DNA of 64,000 nt from Nageia nagi (taxonomy: Eukaryota > Plantae > Pinophyta), in assembly GCA_050084985.1 (NCBI GenBank), contig JBITNC010000001.1, positions 85,250,001-85,314,000 on the forward strand. Direction: 5' to 3'. The translations under genes and the position numbers were made by a program. Below the pieces are notes generated by a model that saw only the letters and a list, made by a program, of their open reading frames with translations, searched no databases and was not told the DNA's origin. Below, one piece after another: positions 11,443 through 23,862 of the stretch. Within the stretch, counting starts at the first letter, position 1. Every line of letters begins with the position of its first letter.

Positions 11443-13999
11443 GCCAACAAGAATAAGGCTCTATGCATGTATTCCTCTATTGTGAATATGCTATGGATTT
11501 ATGGGACAAGGTGATTTCTAGCCTTAATCCTCACTAGATCACCCCCATCTCCTTAGCAGAAGAAATCCAATAATGAAGATTAGAAGTGGGAAGTAAGAAA
11601 TCTAAAATTATATGGAGCATCATATTGTATATCTTTTAGACACTATTGAGGGAAAGAAATGATAGGATATTTAAGGAACAAAATTGATATGTCACTAGAG
11701 CTTAGAAGCAATACTCAAGACTACAAATTAAAAACATAAACTATTGTATAAAGTTAGATCCCACAAAGGATGTTGACTCATATGGTTTGAGATGCCAACT
11801 CCACTTAGAGCCTTTCCCCACTAACATGGAGGGGGACATAAGGATTTCCCAAATGTACTAATGATGTGGTGCCATCAAATTGGAGTAGGAGAGGAAGATT
11901 AAATTAATGGCCTTGAGAAATCAACCTTCGATCACATCCATCCTCGTTATATTTATGGCTGAACAGATGTGACATTATGGTACAAGATAACTCATGGTAG
12001 CAACAAACTTCAAGGTAATTTGTTTAAAGGTGGCATATGTTAGAATTATTACTTAATCCTTCCATTGTTGACATAGTTTCCATTTTCATCTCCATTTGAG
12101 GTGCATACAACTAGTCACTCTACAACAATGAGTAAGAGTAGCATAATGGATTTGGAAAACCATATGTAAGTTGAAATTGATAGTGAGGTTTAGGATATTT
12201 TGAGAAATGGTGGTGTACATTGCTATATCATGAATTGCCAAGGATATGATCTAGCAATACAAGACACTATCATTTCTAGTTTCAACAATGGATGGATGGA
12301 AATTAGGTATATAAGAGTCAATTTAACTATAGGAACCATCATGAAAGCTAACGCACTAACCTTAGATGGTAGGATGTTGAAGAAAAATTCCAAGGTAAAA
12401 CCAGCAAAAATTTAGGCATTCCTTAACCCAGGGGAAAATGTTTCAAGGAAATAAATTGGGATAGATTGAGAGAGGCTTCTTATGCCTTTTAACTAGATGG
12501 CCAAATGGGTCACTAAATACTTTATGATTTATAGGATATATACCATCATATTTGGTCCAAATATCATTCTTCTATGTTATTTTAGGAAAGGGGAAGAGTT
12601 TTAGGTTTATTTCCTCTTCTTTTTGGTTGAATTAATTAGGGTTTTTATGTAGCACATGTGTCATAGAGGAGAGAAGCAAATGAGATATTTAGGTCTCACC
12701 ACCTTTATGTATAGGAAGGCTTTGGTTGAAGCCCAAGGAAGGAAAATTAGATTTAGTTAACCAACTAAAGGAAATCCATCACAAAAAGGCTTCCAAGTGA
12801 AAATTGATAAGGTAAAAGAGAGAAGCAGGGAAGAAAAATTTTAGACCCCTTCTAAAGTAGCAAAAAGTAGGAAAGAATAAAGCAAAAATAAAACCTTCCT
12901 AAAGAGAAGAAAGGAAGGGAATACTATGGAATTAAAGAATCCTACTAAAACTCTTAAAAAGAGCTATACTTTAAATCCCATAAGTAGTAGAAGAATGGTC
13001 ATCCTGTCTCAAAAGTTTAAGAATAAGAAGATGAAAGTTAGTGCAAAGGAAGAGAAAATTATGCATGTTTAAGAGGAAAATCATCTAAAGGAGTCCACTC
13101 ATATGCCTAATCAGCCAAAGGAAGGTAATCATCCACCCACTTCTCATACTAGACTAGAGAACCATATGACATCTGAGAAGTTAGTCCAAAATTCACTTAA
13201 GCCTTCTAAGCTTCATGCCAAGGTTTAGGAGGAGGTCCATGAAGAAAATGTTGCTAACCATCCTTCAAGTGAAGTAAATGAGGACTCACCTTCCAAAATG
13301 ATGAGCCCAAAATTGGAAATGAATACTAAAGAGGAGTTAAAGGAAGTGTAAAAAGATATGGAGGATAACCAAACTTCCCAGAAGGCCAAATAACTAAGGG
13401 AGACTTTAGTGAATATTCAAAAGAGAAAATTGATAATTATACTTTGGTCCTAAGAAACATAAGATACTAGAAACTTTTAGGAGGTCCCTGCTTTAGTGAT
13501 AGTGCAACCAGACCTCATCTAGACTATAGGAGCAACTCAACCTAAGGAGGATAAAGTTCTACCCAAAAAGAAGATTCAGGAAGGTGCATAAAGGTCTGCA
13601 AATAAGGAGAAGATTGATAAGCCACTTAACATTAATACCTTAGCTTAGATCCCAACTGAGCAACAAGTTCCTAAATCTAACTCTTATGTTCTTCAATTTA
13701 AAGTGTAAACTAAAGTTGAATAAAAAAATGCATAAGAAGGTGACCTCTGTCAAGAAAGAAGCGAAGAAGGCTCCTATTAGCTAGATTCTAGTCTATAATT
13801 TATCTATAGTAGTTTATTAAAAAGTCTAGAAATATTTTGAATGGGTTTTAGCTACATTTTAGGGATATGTATGGATCTTTTTTACTACTACTAGGTAGCA
13901 GTTTCTCGATATGGAAACCAATTTTTATGATCAATTTTTTTGGCATTCCAGACAAAACCCTACACTTTTGATAATATAAATACCCTTATTATCAAAAAA
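11443..13999 (+). mobile_element. 3' portion of a LINE-like element: ORF2 C-terminal zinc-finger region, extra ORF remnant and A-tail
   Basis: MHVFLYCEYAMDLWDKV and LRERNDRIFKEQ (L1 zf-RVT tail) at 11460-11680. The extra ORF starts at about 12128 (ILRNGGVHCYIMNCQGYD...AKWVTKYF...LLCYFRKG). The element ends ttattatcaaaaaa; homologous to 58790-60830. Confidence 0.65.
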
Positions 14000-14700
14000 T
14001 TTTAACATAATGCTAAATGTGATACTTATTTTTAAAATCATTATCAAGAAAAACATCTAAATCCCTATCAAGTTAACTCATACACATGATATTAATGACC
14101 AACCACACCCTCTACACTCATACAAAATTCTTCAATCATCTTTATTCTCACACTCTTTCTCTTAGGTTTGTGATATATTATTCTCTCTTATATACATATT
14201 TCTTCCTAGATCAAAGCTCATTTAATCTATAGCTCATGTTTTCCTATCATTCACTCCAATCCATTCACATGCTTCTTATCTTGGTTTTGTCTCCTATGCT
14301 TGAATTTGTGAATTTCATTTGGTTAGATTTCATTTGATGGATTTTTATAGGATATATTTCATCCTATTTCCCTATTCTTTTATTCTTGGTCATCCTTTGC
14401 TCCTACTGAGTGGTTTGCCTCTATCTTGACATGTTTGTAAAAACTAATTTCATCTCTTATAGAAGATAACTATCAAACTTACAAGCAGACCTATATAACT
14501 AGCTAACCTCTACTAGCCTTCAATATTACATGTTGATTTACTTTTCTATAGGTTTTTGTACCTAAAGTCCTTTCATTCTCACATATAAAATATACATTAA
14601 AAATTCACACCAAATTAAAATTGTATTAACATTTTACATAATAGTACACAACATAAAAACATATTGTATTACTAAAAAAAAAATGTTTACTACACAATTT
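14000..14700. repeat. Truncated copy X1 of the RLP downstream flank
   Basis: Colinear with 16430-17640 (minus the solo LTR) and with 60831-61525, starting ataatgctaaatg(t/c)gatactta. Confidence 0.85.
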
Positions 14701-16140
14701 TAAAAATTGATATGACCAATTGATTCCTTGTAAGAAGGTTGAAGTTGTCTCGATATACCTAACATAAAAATAAGCATACAACCTGAGAAATGTATTATAA
14801 TAAGGTAAATTATTATTGAAATGTGATAAAGTGTGATTAAACATGTATGTAATATTGCACCTAAGTGGGACCATATTAAGGGGACCAATTTTAGATGTCA
14901 ATAGTCAAGTATAAAAGAAAAATGATATACATTTTAGTTGCATGGGATAGGATCTACAACCTAAAAACCCAAGGCAAACTTGGACTTAGAAAAATGAATC
15001 ACCCTAATAGATCCTTTATTTTTAAACTCTTTTGTAAGCTTTGTACCAACAAGGAAATTGAATGGATCTCCATTTGCAAAATCAAATACTTGAATGAAAA
15101 TTATTTCTAAAAATTGAAAACCCTCCTAATGATTCTTCATTCTTAAATGGATTATTAAAAATAAGATCTCTTATTTGGAATTACATCATCTTGGGAATTA
15201 ACAATGGAGAATAGATATTATAGGATATCCCATGGCTCAGTGAGAAACCTCTTAACCATAACCAAAGTCAGAGAAAAGAGCCAATTGAGAAAATTTTTTT
15301 GAAGATTAAAATATGAAAAACTACATCTCAAATATTGATTTAATTAGATCCTGAAAACTCATGCAAGGTATCACAAGAGAGATATAATTGAGGTTCAAAG
15401 TACCTAGAAAAGATATCAAAACCTATTAAGTGTAATGATATTGGAGATAAGTTGATTTAGAAACTTAGTGCTAAACAAGGCTACAAGATCATAACTAGCT
15501 ACATGGTGATTAAAAAACTAGTTCTTAAGAAAGAGATGACTTTATGGAATGAGATATGAATGAAAGGTATGCTCCCAAAAATAGCATTTTTCATGTGGAT
15601 ATGTAGCTCTAAAGAAAATATTGACAACCATCAATCTCAAAAGGTGTGTATTCAATCTCTTTAATAGATGTGAGCTTTGTACCTTTGTAGAAGAATTTAT
15701 CAACCATATTTTTATTCATTGCACTTTCATGTCGATACTTTGGGAAGGTATCCTAAATGAATTAGGAAGTTCCTAGGTCTTCATAAGGAAATTGAAGGAG
15801 TTGATTCACTACTGGAAGCTCCATTCCTCAAATAAAATCCTCATCATACTATAGAAATTTTTCCTCATATATTTTAATTAGTTGGTATGGAAGGAGCATT
15901 ATCATAGAATCTTTGGAGTGAAATCAACGAATATCATTATCTTAAAAACTAGGCTCAAAAGGTACATCCTTGAAAACTTTAGTCATTGCTTCTCTATGAA
16001 TAAAGATAAATAGTAAAAGAAAGAAGTCATGCAATGGTAATCCAATATTATATTACAATAGGAATTACATGGATTCTCCCATATTTCTTCACAAGGTGTA
16101 TCTCAAAATATTTTGGTCATAATTAAATAGCATCTTCGTA
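14701..16140 (+). mobile_element. L1-type LINE ORF2 C-terminal fragment
   Basis: LVAWDRIYNLKTQGKLGLRKM...WISICKIKY, PKIAFFMWI, NRCELCTFVEEFINHIFIHC (zf-RVT) and WKEHYHRIF. Confidence 0.8.
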
Positions 16141-16429
16141 TTCTTTACAAAAATAATAGAGTCAATCAATGACTCTTGTGACCTAGATGATAATATGTAC
16201 CTCTTGTTTTAGTCTTTAAAACATTATTATAAACACCAAATATATGTATAAAATAATAATATTAATAAAAAATAATACATCAAGTGCCATATTTAATTAA
16301 ATATTAAACTTTTTCTAACATTAAATGTTATATTTAACATTAAATTACATACAATATTTAAATTAAAATTCAAATACCATATTTAATACAATATTAAATA
16401 TTTCATATAACATTAAATATTAAATTTAA

Positions 16430-17892
16430 AATAATGCTAAATGTGATACTTAAATTTGAAATCACTCTCAAGGGAAACATCTATATCCCTACCAAGTCAA
16501 CTCATACCCATGATATTAACAACTAACCACACCCTCTACCCTTGTATGAAATCCTCCAATCTTGTTAAATGTCTCACTCTTTCTCTTGGGTTTGTGATAT
16601 ATTATTCTCTCTTCTATACATGTCACTTCCTTGATCGAAGCTCATTTAATTTGAAGCTCTTGTTAGCATATCATTCATTCCAATCTATTCACATCCTTCT
16701 TATCTTAGTTTGGTCTCATATGCTTGAATTTGTGAATTTAATTTGGTTAGATTTCATTTGATCTATTTTTATAGGATATCCTTTAGTCTACTCCCATATT
16801 TTTTGTTGGAATGTATAATGTATTATTATAAAGATTTTGTAATAATATTCTATGTAAGTTCACTAATACTTAAGAGTATCATTTGATACCTTAAGCATTT
16901 AAGTGAATATGATAATGTAACTTATCCTACACTCCATTTCATGAGCATGCCCCTTGGGTAAAAGGATTGCATGTCATGCTTTTGTACATTGGGTAAAAAG
17001 GTGATCCAAAAAGGGATTTTTGCCTATAAATAAAAGTCCCCCTCTTTGGATCAAACACCAAAAAAAATTATGGAGTAAAGTTATGCTAGAGGATAGTGTT
17101 TAGGAGATGAGAATAGGAGGATTGTAAGAGCTCATATTTGTGAAAAAGTGAGATCTAGTTAGTGGATGTACTCCTAGTTGGAGGAACCACTTATATCTTG
17201 AGTTATATTTGTGAGATTGCTTTGTGAGTTTGTTAGATGTGTTTTATGAGTTTTCATGTGATCTTGGTTGTTTAGGAAGTTATATGTTAGTGTTACTTCC
17301 TTGTTTTTTTTATTATTCTTCGTCATCCTTTGCTCCTATGAAATGGTTTGCCTTTATCTTGAGATGTTTGTAAGAACTAATCTCCTCTCATTATAGAAGA
17401 TAAATATCAAAACTTGCAAGCAAACCCAATTAACTAGCTAACTTCTATTACCCTTTAATTTTAAATTTTGATTACTTTTTTATAGGTTTTTATTCCAAAA
17501 TCCTTTCATTCTCTTATAGAAAATATATATTAAAAATTTGTACCAGATTAAAATTGTTTAAATATTTTACACAACAGTACACAACTTAAAAACATGTAGT
17601 ACTACTCAATCAAAAAATGTTTAATACATAGTTTTTAAAAACTTACAAAGAGAGATTAGTCTCAACCCCCAATTTGGATTCTCGAGGTAAACTAAGATGA
17701 AATTTGTTGTATTTTTTTTGTTGCATGTTTTATTCTTTTCCCCTCCAAATGATGTTTAGTAATAATATTGCATGTTGTAATCATCTAGTGATAACTAAAA
17801 ATTTACCTAATTCAAGGATTTATATTACTATTAATTTTTATTTTTATTTATGTTTATTTTAAATCTACATAGTCAATAGTAAAAGTATTGAA
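16430..17892. repeat. Copy X2 of the RLP downstream flank, interrupted by a solo LTR
   Basis: Colinear with 60835-61775 once 16804-17303 is removed. Confidence 0.85.
16804..17303 (+). mobile_element. Copia solo LTR of the same family as the LTRs at 38850 and 46964
   Basis: Starts tgttggaatgtataatg and follows the 38850/46964 LTR sequence for about 480 bp. No PBS or PPT adjacent. Absent from homologous X1 and X3. The right end is approximate. Confidence 0.85.
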
Positions 17893-20800
17893 TTAAAATG
17901 AGATGTCATCATTATGAAAAATATACGCAACTCAAATCAAATAAATGGAGATATGAAAAAAGCTCTTCTAGGGTTTTTTTATTTGGTGTATAAGCCAAGT
18001 TGCTCGCCTAGTGTTTCACATTGTATTGGACTCTATACTGGATACATTTAATTCCTTTAGCTCAAAGGGCCACATAAGTTAGTTCCCATCACCTTGAGTG
18101 GTTTCATTATTTTCCTTTTCAATGGAGTCCTCCCATTCAATAGCTTCAACCCATGTTGATGCTTCTAGAAGGAGAGTAATGGTACCAAAGGAAGCTAAGA
18201 AATTCATCCTAAAAGTTTAGAATGAGGTAATCCCTCTATTCTTGATGTTGATATCCTAGTTGATGATTTTAACAATGCATGTGGTTGGCTAGAAAGTCAT
18301 ACATTGATAGGTTATTTTATGGGTTGTATGCTTATAAACTCTATTATCAGTAGCTAGGTTTGGCAATATTGGACTTCATATGGAGTCAAATTTTAGGGTA
18401 TTCAAACCCTCATGAAAGGTTTCTTTCTCTTTCATTTTCCCCATGAAGAACATGCTAAATGTATTATTGACCATAGTCCTTGGTATGCTTGTAACTTATT
18501 CTTGGTGTTTCAATCTTGGATATGATATTTCTTTGTCGATGAAGGAGCTCCTTTTGAAGTACCCATTTGGGTTGAACTCCCTAGAATCCAAGTACCTCTT
18601 TGACCATTCATGGAAAGAATTATGGCTCCTTTAGGTACCTTTGTCTGTGTTGAGCAACTAAAGTTTTATGGAGTTCATCCCTGCAAAAGGGTTTATGCTA
18701 AAATAGATTTATCCAAATATATTAGGAACCATTTGGTTGTTAAAGTAGGTAATATATCATACTATCAAAATTTGGTTTACATAAACCTACCAAATACTTG
18801 TTATCAGTACCAATCTATTGTGCACAAGATTAGATATTTCCCTCTCATTGAGGGAAGATTCAAAGTCCCCAATCACCAGATTTTAACCTCATCTACTCAT
18901 GCACCATAAATTGCTAGGGAGCCTCATGCACCAAATTTTGGGAATGGGTATGATGATCCTTCAAGGAAATGGGTCACAATGAACAACAAGGAAAATTACA
19001 ACCCTTGATAGGATGCTAGACCCATTGGAACCACTTCTCCCTCTAAAGGAAATAGAAAAGTAACCCTATCTCCCCTAATCGTCACCTCTATGTATCCTCT
19101 AGCACTTTCCAACATTAGTAACCCATAAAGGCCCATTTTGGAATCCAAGTATAAAGAGGCTTTAATGAGACTGAATAGGTCTTGAAGTCCTCTAGGAAGT
19201 GGTGTTACTAATCGATAAGAGGAATGTTCCTTCACATGCTCACAGGCACTAACCATGCTAACTTCTTCACAAACCCTTATGCTTCCCTTAGGAAGCTTGG
19301 GGATACTGATGATTTTGATAATGATATAAGTGATGATGAAGAGATTGAGGGTGATATGAACTTTGAATCTTCCTAATGATTTTTTTTCTTGAATGTCAAA
19401 GGTATAACAGACCCAATTCAAAAATATTTAGTCTCTAGTGAGATCACTAAAATTACTAGTCATGTTGGTAAGATAGATTTTCTCTATCTTCAATAAGTTA
19501 AAATTTTTTCAATCTGGAGTGTGCTAGCTCCTTTCTATACCCAAGAAGCTTCATGTATTCTACTAATCATTTTCATGGCAAAGGAGGCGTAGTAACTTTG
19601 ATTCACTGAAAATGGAAGGCCCTCTTGGTCTCGTGGGGGGTGGACGCTTCCAATCAAGTGCTTTTGATACTTTTTGATATTAACAACCAACCTTTTGGGG
19701 TTGTCAATGTCTATTCTTCTAATCATGGTTTGCATAGAAGCTTGTTATGGAGATGGCTTGCTGTATCTCTTCACCAAGCTACTTGGTTATTTTGTGAGGA
19801 TTTTAACATGATCAAGAAATCTGATGATAAAATGGGTCATCCTCCTATGAGATACTATGCTGGTTAAAGAGATGCATGATTGTTTCTTTAAAATAAGCAT
19901 GGGTTAGGGGACTTGAATGCATACTATAATGCATAAAACTCACCAAATATTTCTACCCATTTTCTCATTACTTTTAAGGTTATCCCCCCTTTTTGTCAAT
20001 CCCATTTATTTTGCTCTTAATTTTGCCTAAATTTCTCCTTTCTTTCTCACTCAACCACCACAACCCACATCTATAGGGTTTGGAACCTAATGCCAAAAAC
20101 TAAGGAGATGGTTGGATGGATTAAATTATGGAATGATGCCATCCTTCAGACCACCTTAGTGTTGAGAATTTTGGATGTCAAACTTACCCAGCTCCATAAG
20201 TGCTTAGATTGTAATCTTTGAGAGGAGTTTGAACATGCCTCGTTACACTTGGAAGTAGACTCAATGAATGTCCCTCTACAATAGCATGTTGTTGTAGTTA
20301 TGCATGAGCTTAGGAAAGTAGAATTATATGAAGCCAAAGGTGCTCAAATTTGAGCTTGACTTCACTTGCTTAAAGTGGGTGATCAGGTTTCTAAAGCTTT
20401 TTTCCAAAGACTCTACCCCTGAGAATAGTAACATAGCTCAAAGCTATTTTTGATGAGGATATTCATGTTACTAATACTCCTAATATAGCCAAAGCCTTTA
20501 CAAAGCACTATACCCAAGTATTTTCTTCTTAAGAGTTGATAGAGGAGCAACAATAAGCCCTAGATGAATGCTGTAGAGTGGTTCCCACTAAACTTTCTCC
20601 TACCTATAGAGAAGCTTATGAGTCCAAACTCTCTTTGGAGGATTTAAATGTAGCCTTGACTTGTATGAAGAATGAGAAAGCCCCAAGGCTTGATGGGTTC
20701 CCTTTTGAGTTTTAAAAGAAGTTATGTGATGTTGTTGGCCCCAATCTTCTCTATGTGTATCAAGAGGCCTTTCTTATAGGGTCTTTGGGAGAAATTAGTA

Positions 20801-23275
20801 ATCAAGGAAACATTAAGTTCATACATAATACAAGAGACTCAGAGCTCATTTCTAATTGGAGGCCCCTCATCCTTCGTAATGTTAGTTACAAAATCATTGC
20901 TAAGGTCTTGGCTCTAAAACTTCAACCTCTATTTCCTTAGATTGTTTAGCTAGAGAAAATCAATTTTATCAAGAGTCAAAATATCCTTAACAATATCATT
21001 GTGGTGTGGGAAGGTATGGAGTGAGCTCAATTATCTCAACATGACACTTTTTTTTATCAAAATCAATTTTGAAAAATCCTATGATGATATTGAATGGCAT
21101 TTCATCTTCTACATGCTTAAAGCTCTAGGCTTCAACCCCTCTTTCTTGGCTTCAATTCAAATTCTCTTTAGTTATGCATCTACCATGTTAACTCTTGATG
21201 GGATGCAAACCACCTTCATTGGCCTATTCAAGTTAGTTAGACAAGGGTACTCTCTTGCTCCCTCACTTTTCATGTTAGCTACTGAAGCCTTTGACTATCT
21301 ACTCACCAACAAAGATTCTCAGAAGCTTGGTACGGGAATCTCTCTTCCTGGCATACTAGGAAATTGATTAATGGTCATTTTATTAATGATTCCTTTCTTA
21401 ATCTTATGGGTGAATAACAAAGATAAGAAAGGCTTCTATCGTGTTCCTTAGGAATTATGTTTTCTCTTCAAAACCAAGGGTGGTATTGGTATTTTCCATT
21501 GTTATAGATAAGGGTTGGCATTGAATGCCAATTGGATTTATCAAGCCTTGCAAGGCTCAAAAGATTGTAGGGTTCTCTTATGACATTTATTTATCAAGGT
21601 CTTCCCCTTAGTAAAAAAATCTAGTAATGTATGAATTTACCTTCCTTGATTGTTGCTCCTATTTTTGTCAAGGTTTCTAGGTCTTTTATTTGCAAGAGTA
21701 TTTGGAAAGCATGGGAGAGCATCAAGCCTTAGCTTTAGTGGAACTCTACCAATTGATGCTAAAGAGTGGCCCTAGAATCACTTAATGTCTAGTGGTCCCT
21801 GATTATTACAATACAGAACTAGACTCTAGCTTCCATCCAATGGATTTGAGCTAAGCAATTTTTTAAAAAAGGGATTGCCTTCCTCTTTGACTTTTTTTAT
21901 CACTCTTCCAAAGGGTGGATCCCCTCGGAAGCTTTCAAATCTAGATTTTCTTTGAAATATGAAGATAAAGATACCTATGATGCAATTGGTGTTTGTCTTC
22001 CACTATTTTTGGGTGGAGCAAATTGTTTAGAACTAGCCAGTTATATTGAGCCTAAGCATGCATACTTGCCATGAAGTTTGCTATTTCATAGTTTACCTAT
22101 AGGCAACAAGCTTACTTACTTGGGGATAATTAACCCTATTTTTCCATTCTACAACTTTGAAGAGTCTGTAGATGAATTCATTTTTCTAACCATTTTCACG
22201 TCAACCTCTCTCTTGGCTGAATCATCTTCTAGGAGATTCATCGAATTTTTCCTTGCCTTTGGAAGTTTTTGGAATATTTTAAGGATTAAATTTTTTTCCA
22301 TTTGTGGAAAGAACAAAATGTAGCCATTTTTTGGGAAAGTTTCTAATGTTGATTTCTCTCTAGTCGACAAACTCACCATTTTTTATGACATCTAGTTTTA
22401 AATTCAAAATCAAGTTAATAAGGTCGCTTTGGACATTAGTCACTTATAGGAGCTTATCAATCATTAGGGAAATGCTCCCTGCTCTATGATCCGAGTTCCT
22501 CCTTCCTCCCTAGTTTGATGAGAGCACTTATGACCTAGTCAACATCGTCACCCTCTACCACAGGAATAGGATCGATAGGACTAGAGACCATGAGGAACCA
22601 GAAGCCTTCCATTAGCTATAAGATGGAATAATCAAGAATGGGATTTCCATCTTAGGTCTCCTCTATAGCATGGTTGGGGTGGCGATGCAAGCTCCTCCCG
22701 TTAAGCTATAGGTTGGGGTTGGTTGGAAGAATATGGTGGAGGTTGGCATAATACAGTTAATGAGGTAATTAATAAAAAAATTGCTATAATAGATTGGTGG
22801 GTTTCCATGTCCTTCAAATGCACCCCTGAATGGCATGAATTTTGAGATACCTTAAATGTTACACATTGGTCGTAGATCTCTTCCAACGTGTGGAAACATA
22901 ATGAAAGGTGGGAGAATGAGGAGGCTATTAATGAGCTTACCACATTTGTACCATCCACTATGCCACTTGCCAGCTCTCATCCCACCATCACTCCCTCTCC
23001 CATGAATGAAACTTAATTGCACTAGTTCCCACATGTTGTAGTGCGGATCGTTTTAGGGATTCTCAATTATGTCGTCATTGATTTTCTTATTGTTGTGCCA
23101 CATGGTGGCTGTTGGTACAGCTTTGTTGTTTCCCGTCAATTGGCAGTATAGTTGGTTGCACCTTAGATCTTTTTGACTTACACGAGGCACATGGGGTGTG
23201 TTTACGTCCATCTTCCTTCCTTGTATGATTTAGTTTTTTTTTCCCTTTAATATTAACCTTTTCATTCAGAAAAAT
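17893..23275 (+). mobile_element. Near full-length degenerate L1-type LINE (ORF1 DUF4283/zinc knuckle; ORF2 endonuclease and RT)
   Basis: ORF1: KGFFLFHF...PIWVELP...RVYAKIDLSK...LPNTCYQYQSIVH. ORF2: VVNVYS, WLFCEDFNMI, KAPRLDGFPFEF, NWRPLILRNVSYKIIAKVLA, KINFEKSYDDIEW, VRQGYSLAPSLF. A-rich tail at 23270. tattgaa flanks both ends, and the empty site is seen at about 61765. Confidence 0.9.
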
Positions 23276-23862
23276 AATTATTGAAAAATTAAATAAACAA
23301 ATTTAAATTCTTAAAATTTCTAATTCAACTACTTCACCTAAAAACTTGTGAAATATTTCCTATTTTTAAAAAACTTACAATTTATTCAATAGCATCATGA
23401 TCAATAATTTAATAAATTTAATTTTAATAAAAATAATTATTTATTAAGTATATTTAACTTAAAAATAAACACAGTACCAAAATAATTGTAATATATCTAT
23501 TAATAATAATAATTAAATTATGTATGAAAGCATAAATAATCTTAATATAATTTTAATAAAAAGATAAGAAATGCTAATAATGCTTAAAATTTGAATCAAA
23601 ATTATAAAAAAGTAATAATCTTTAATTTTTTTTAATCATCATTAATATCCAGAATTTCATTTTGCTGTGACAAATAAGCTACTTCGAATACAGACCGTTT
23701 GATTATAATAATAATAACATTTATAACTTCTTACACTGCAAAATACATAATATGGATGTTATCTCTACTTGGAAATGATTAACAGTGTTACAAAGTTTGC
23801 TACAGAATAGAAAGAAAACGAGATACTAGAAAATAATACTATACTGAAATCAGCTGTTGCTA

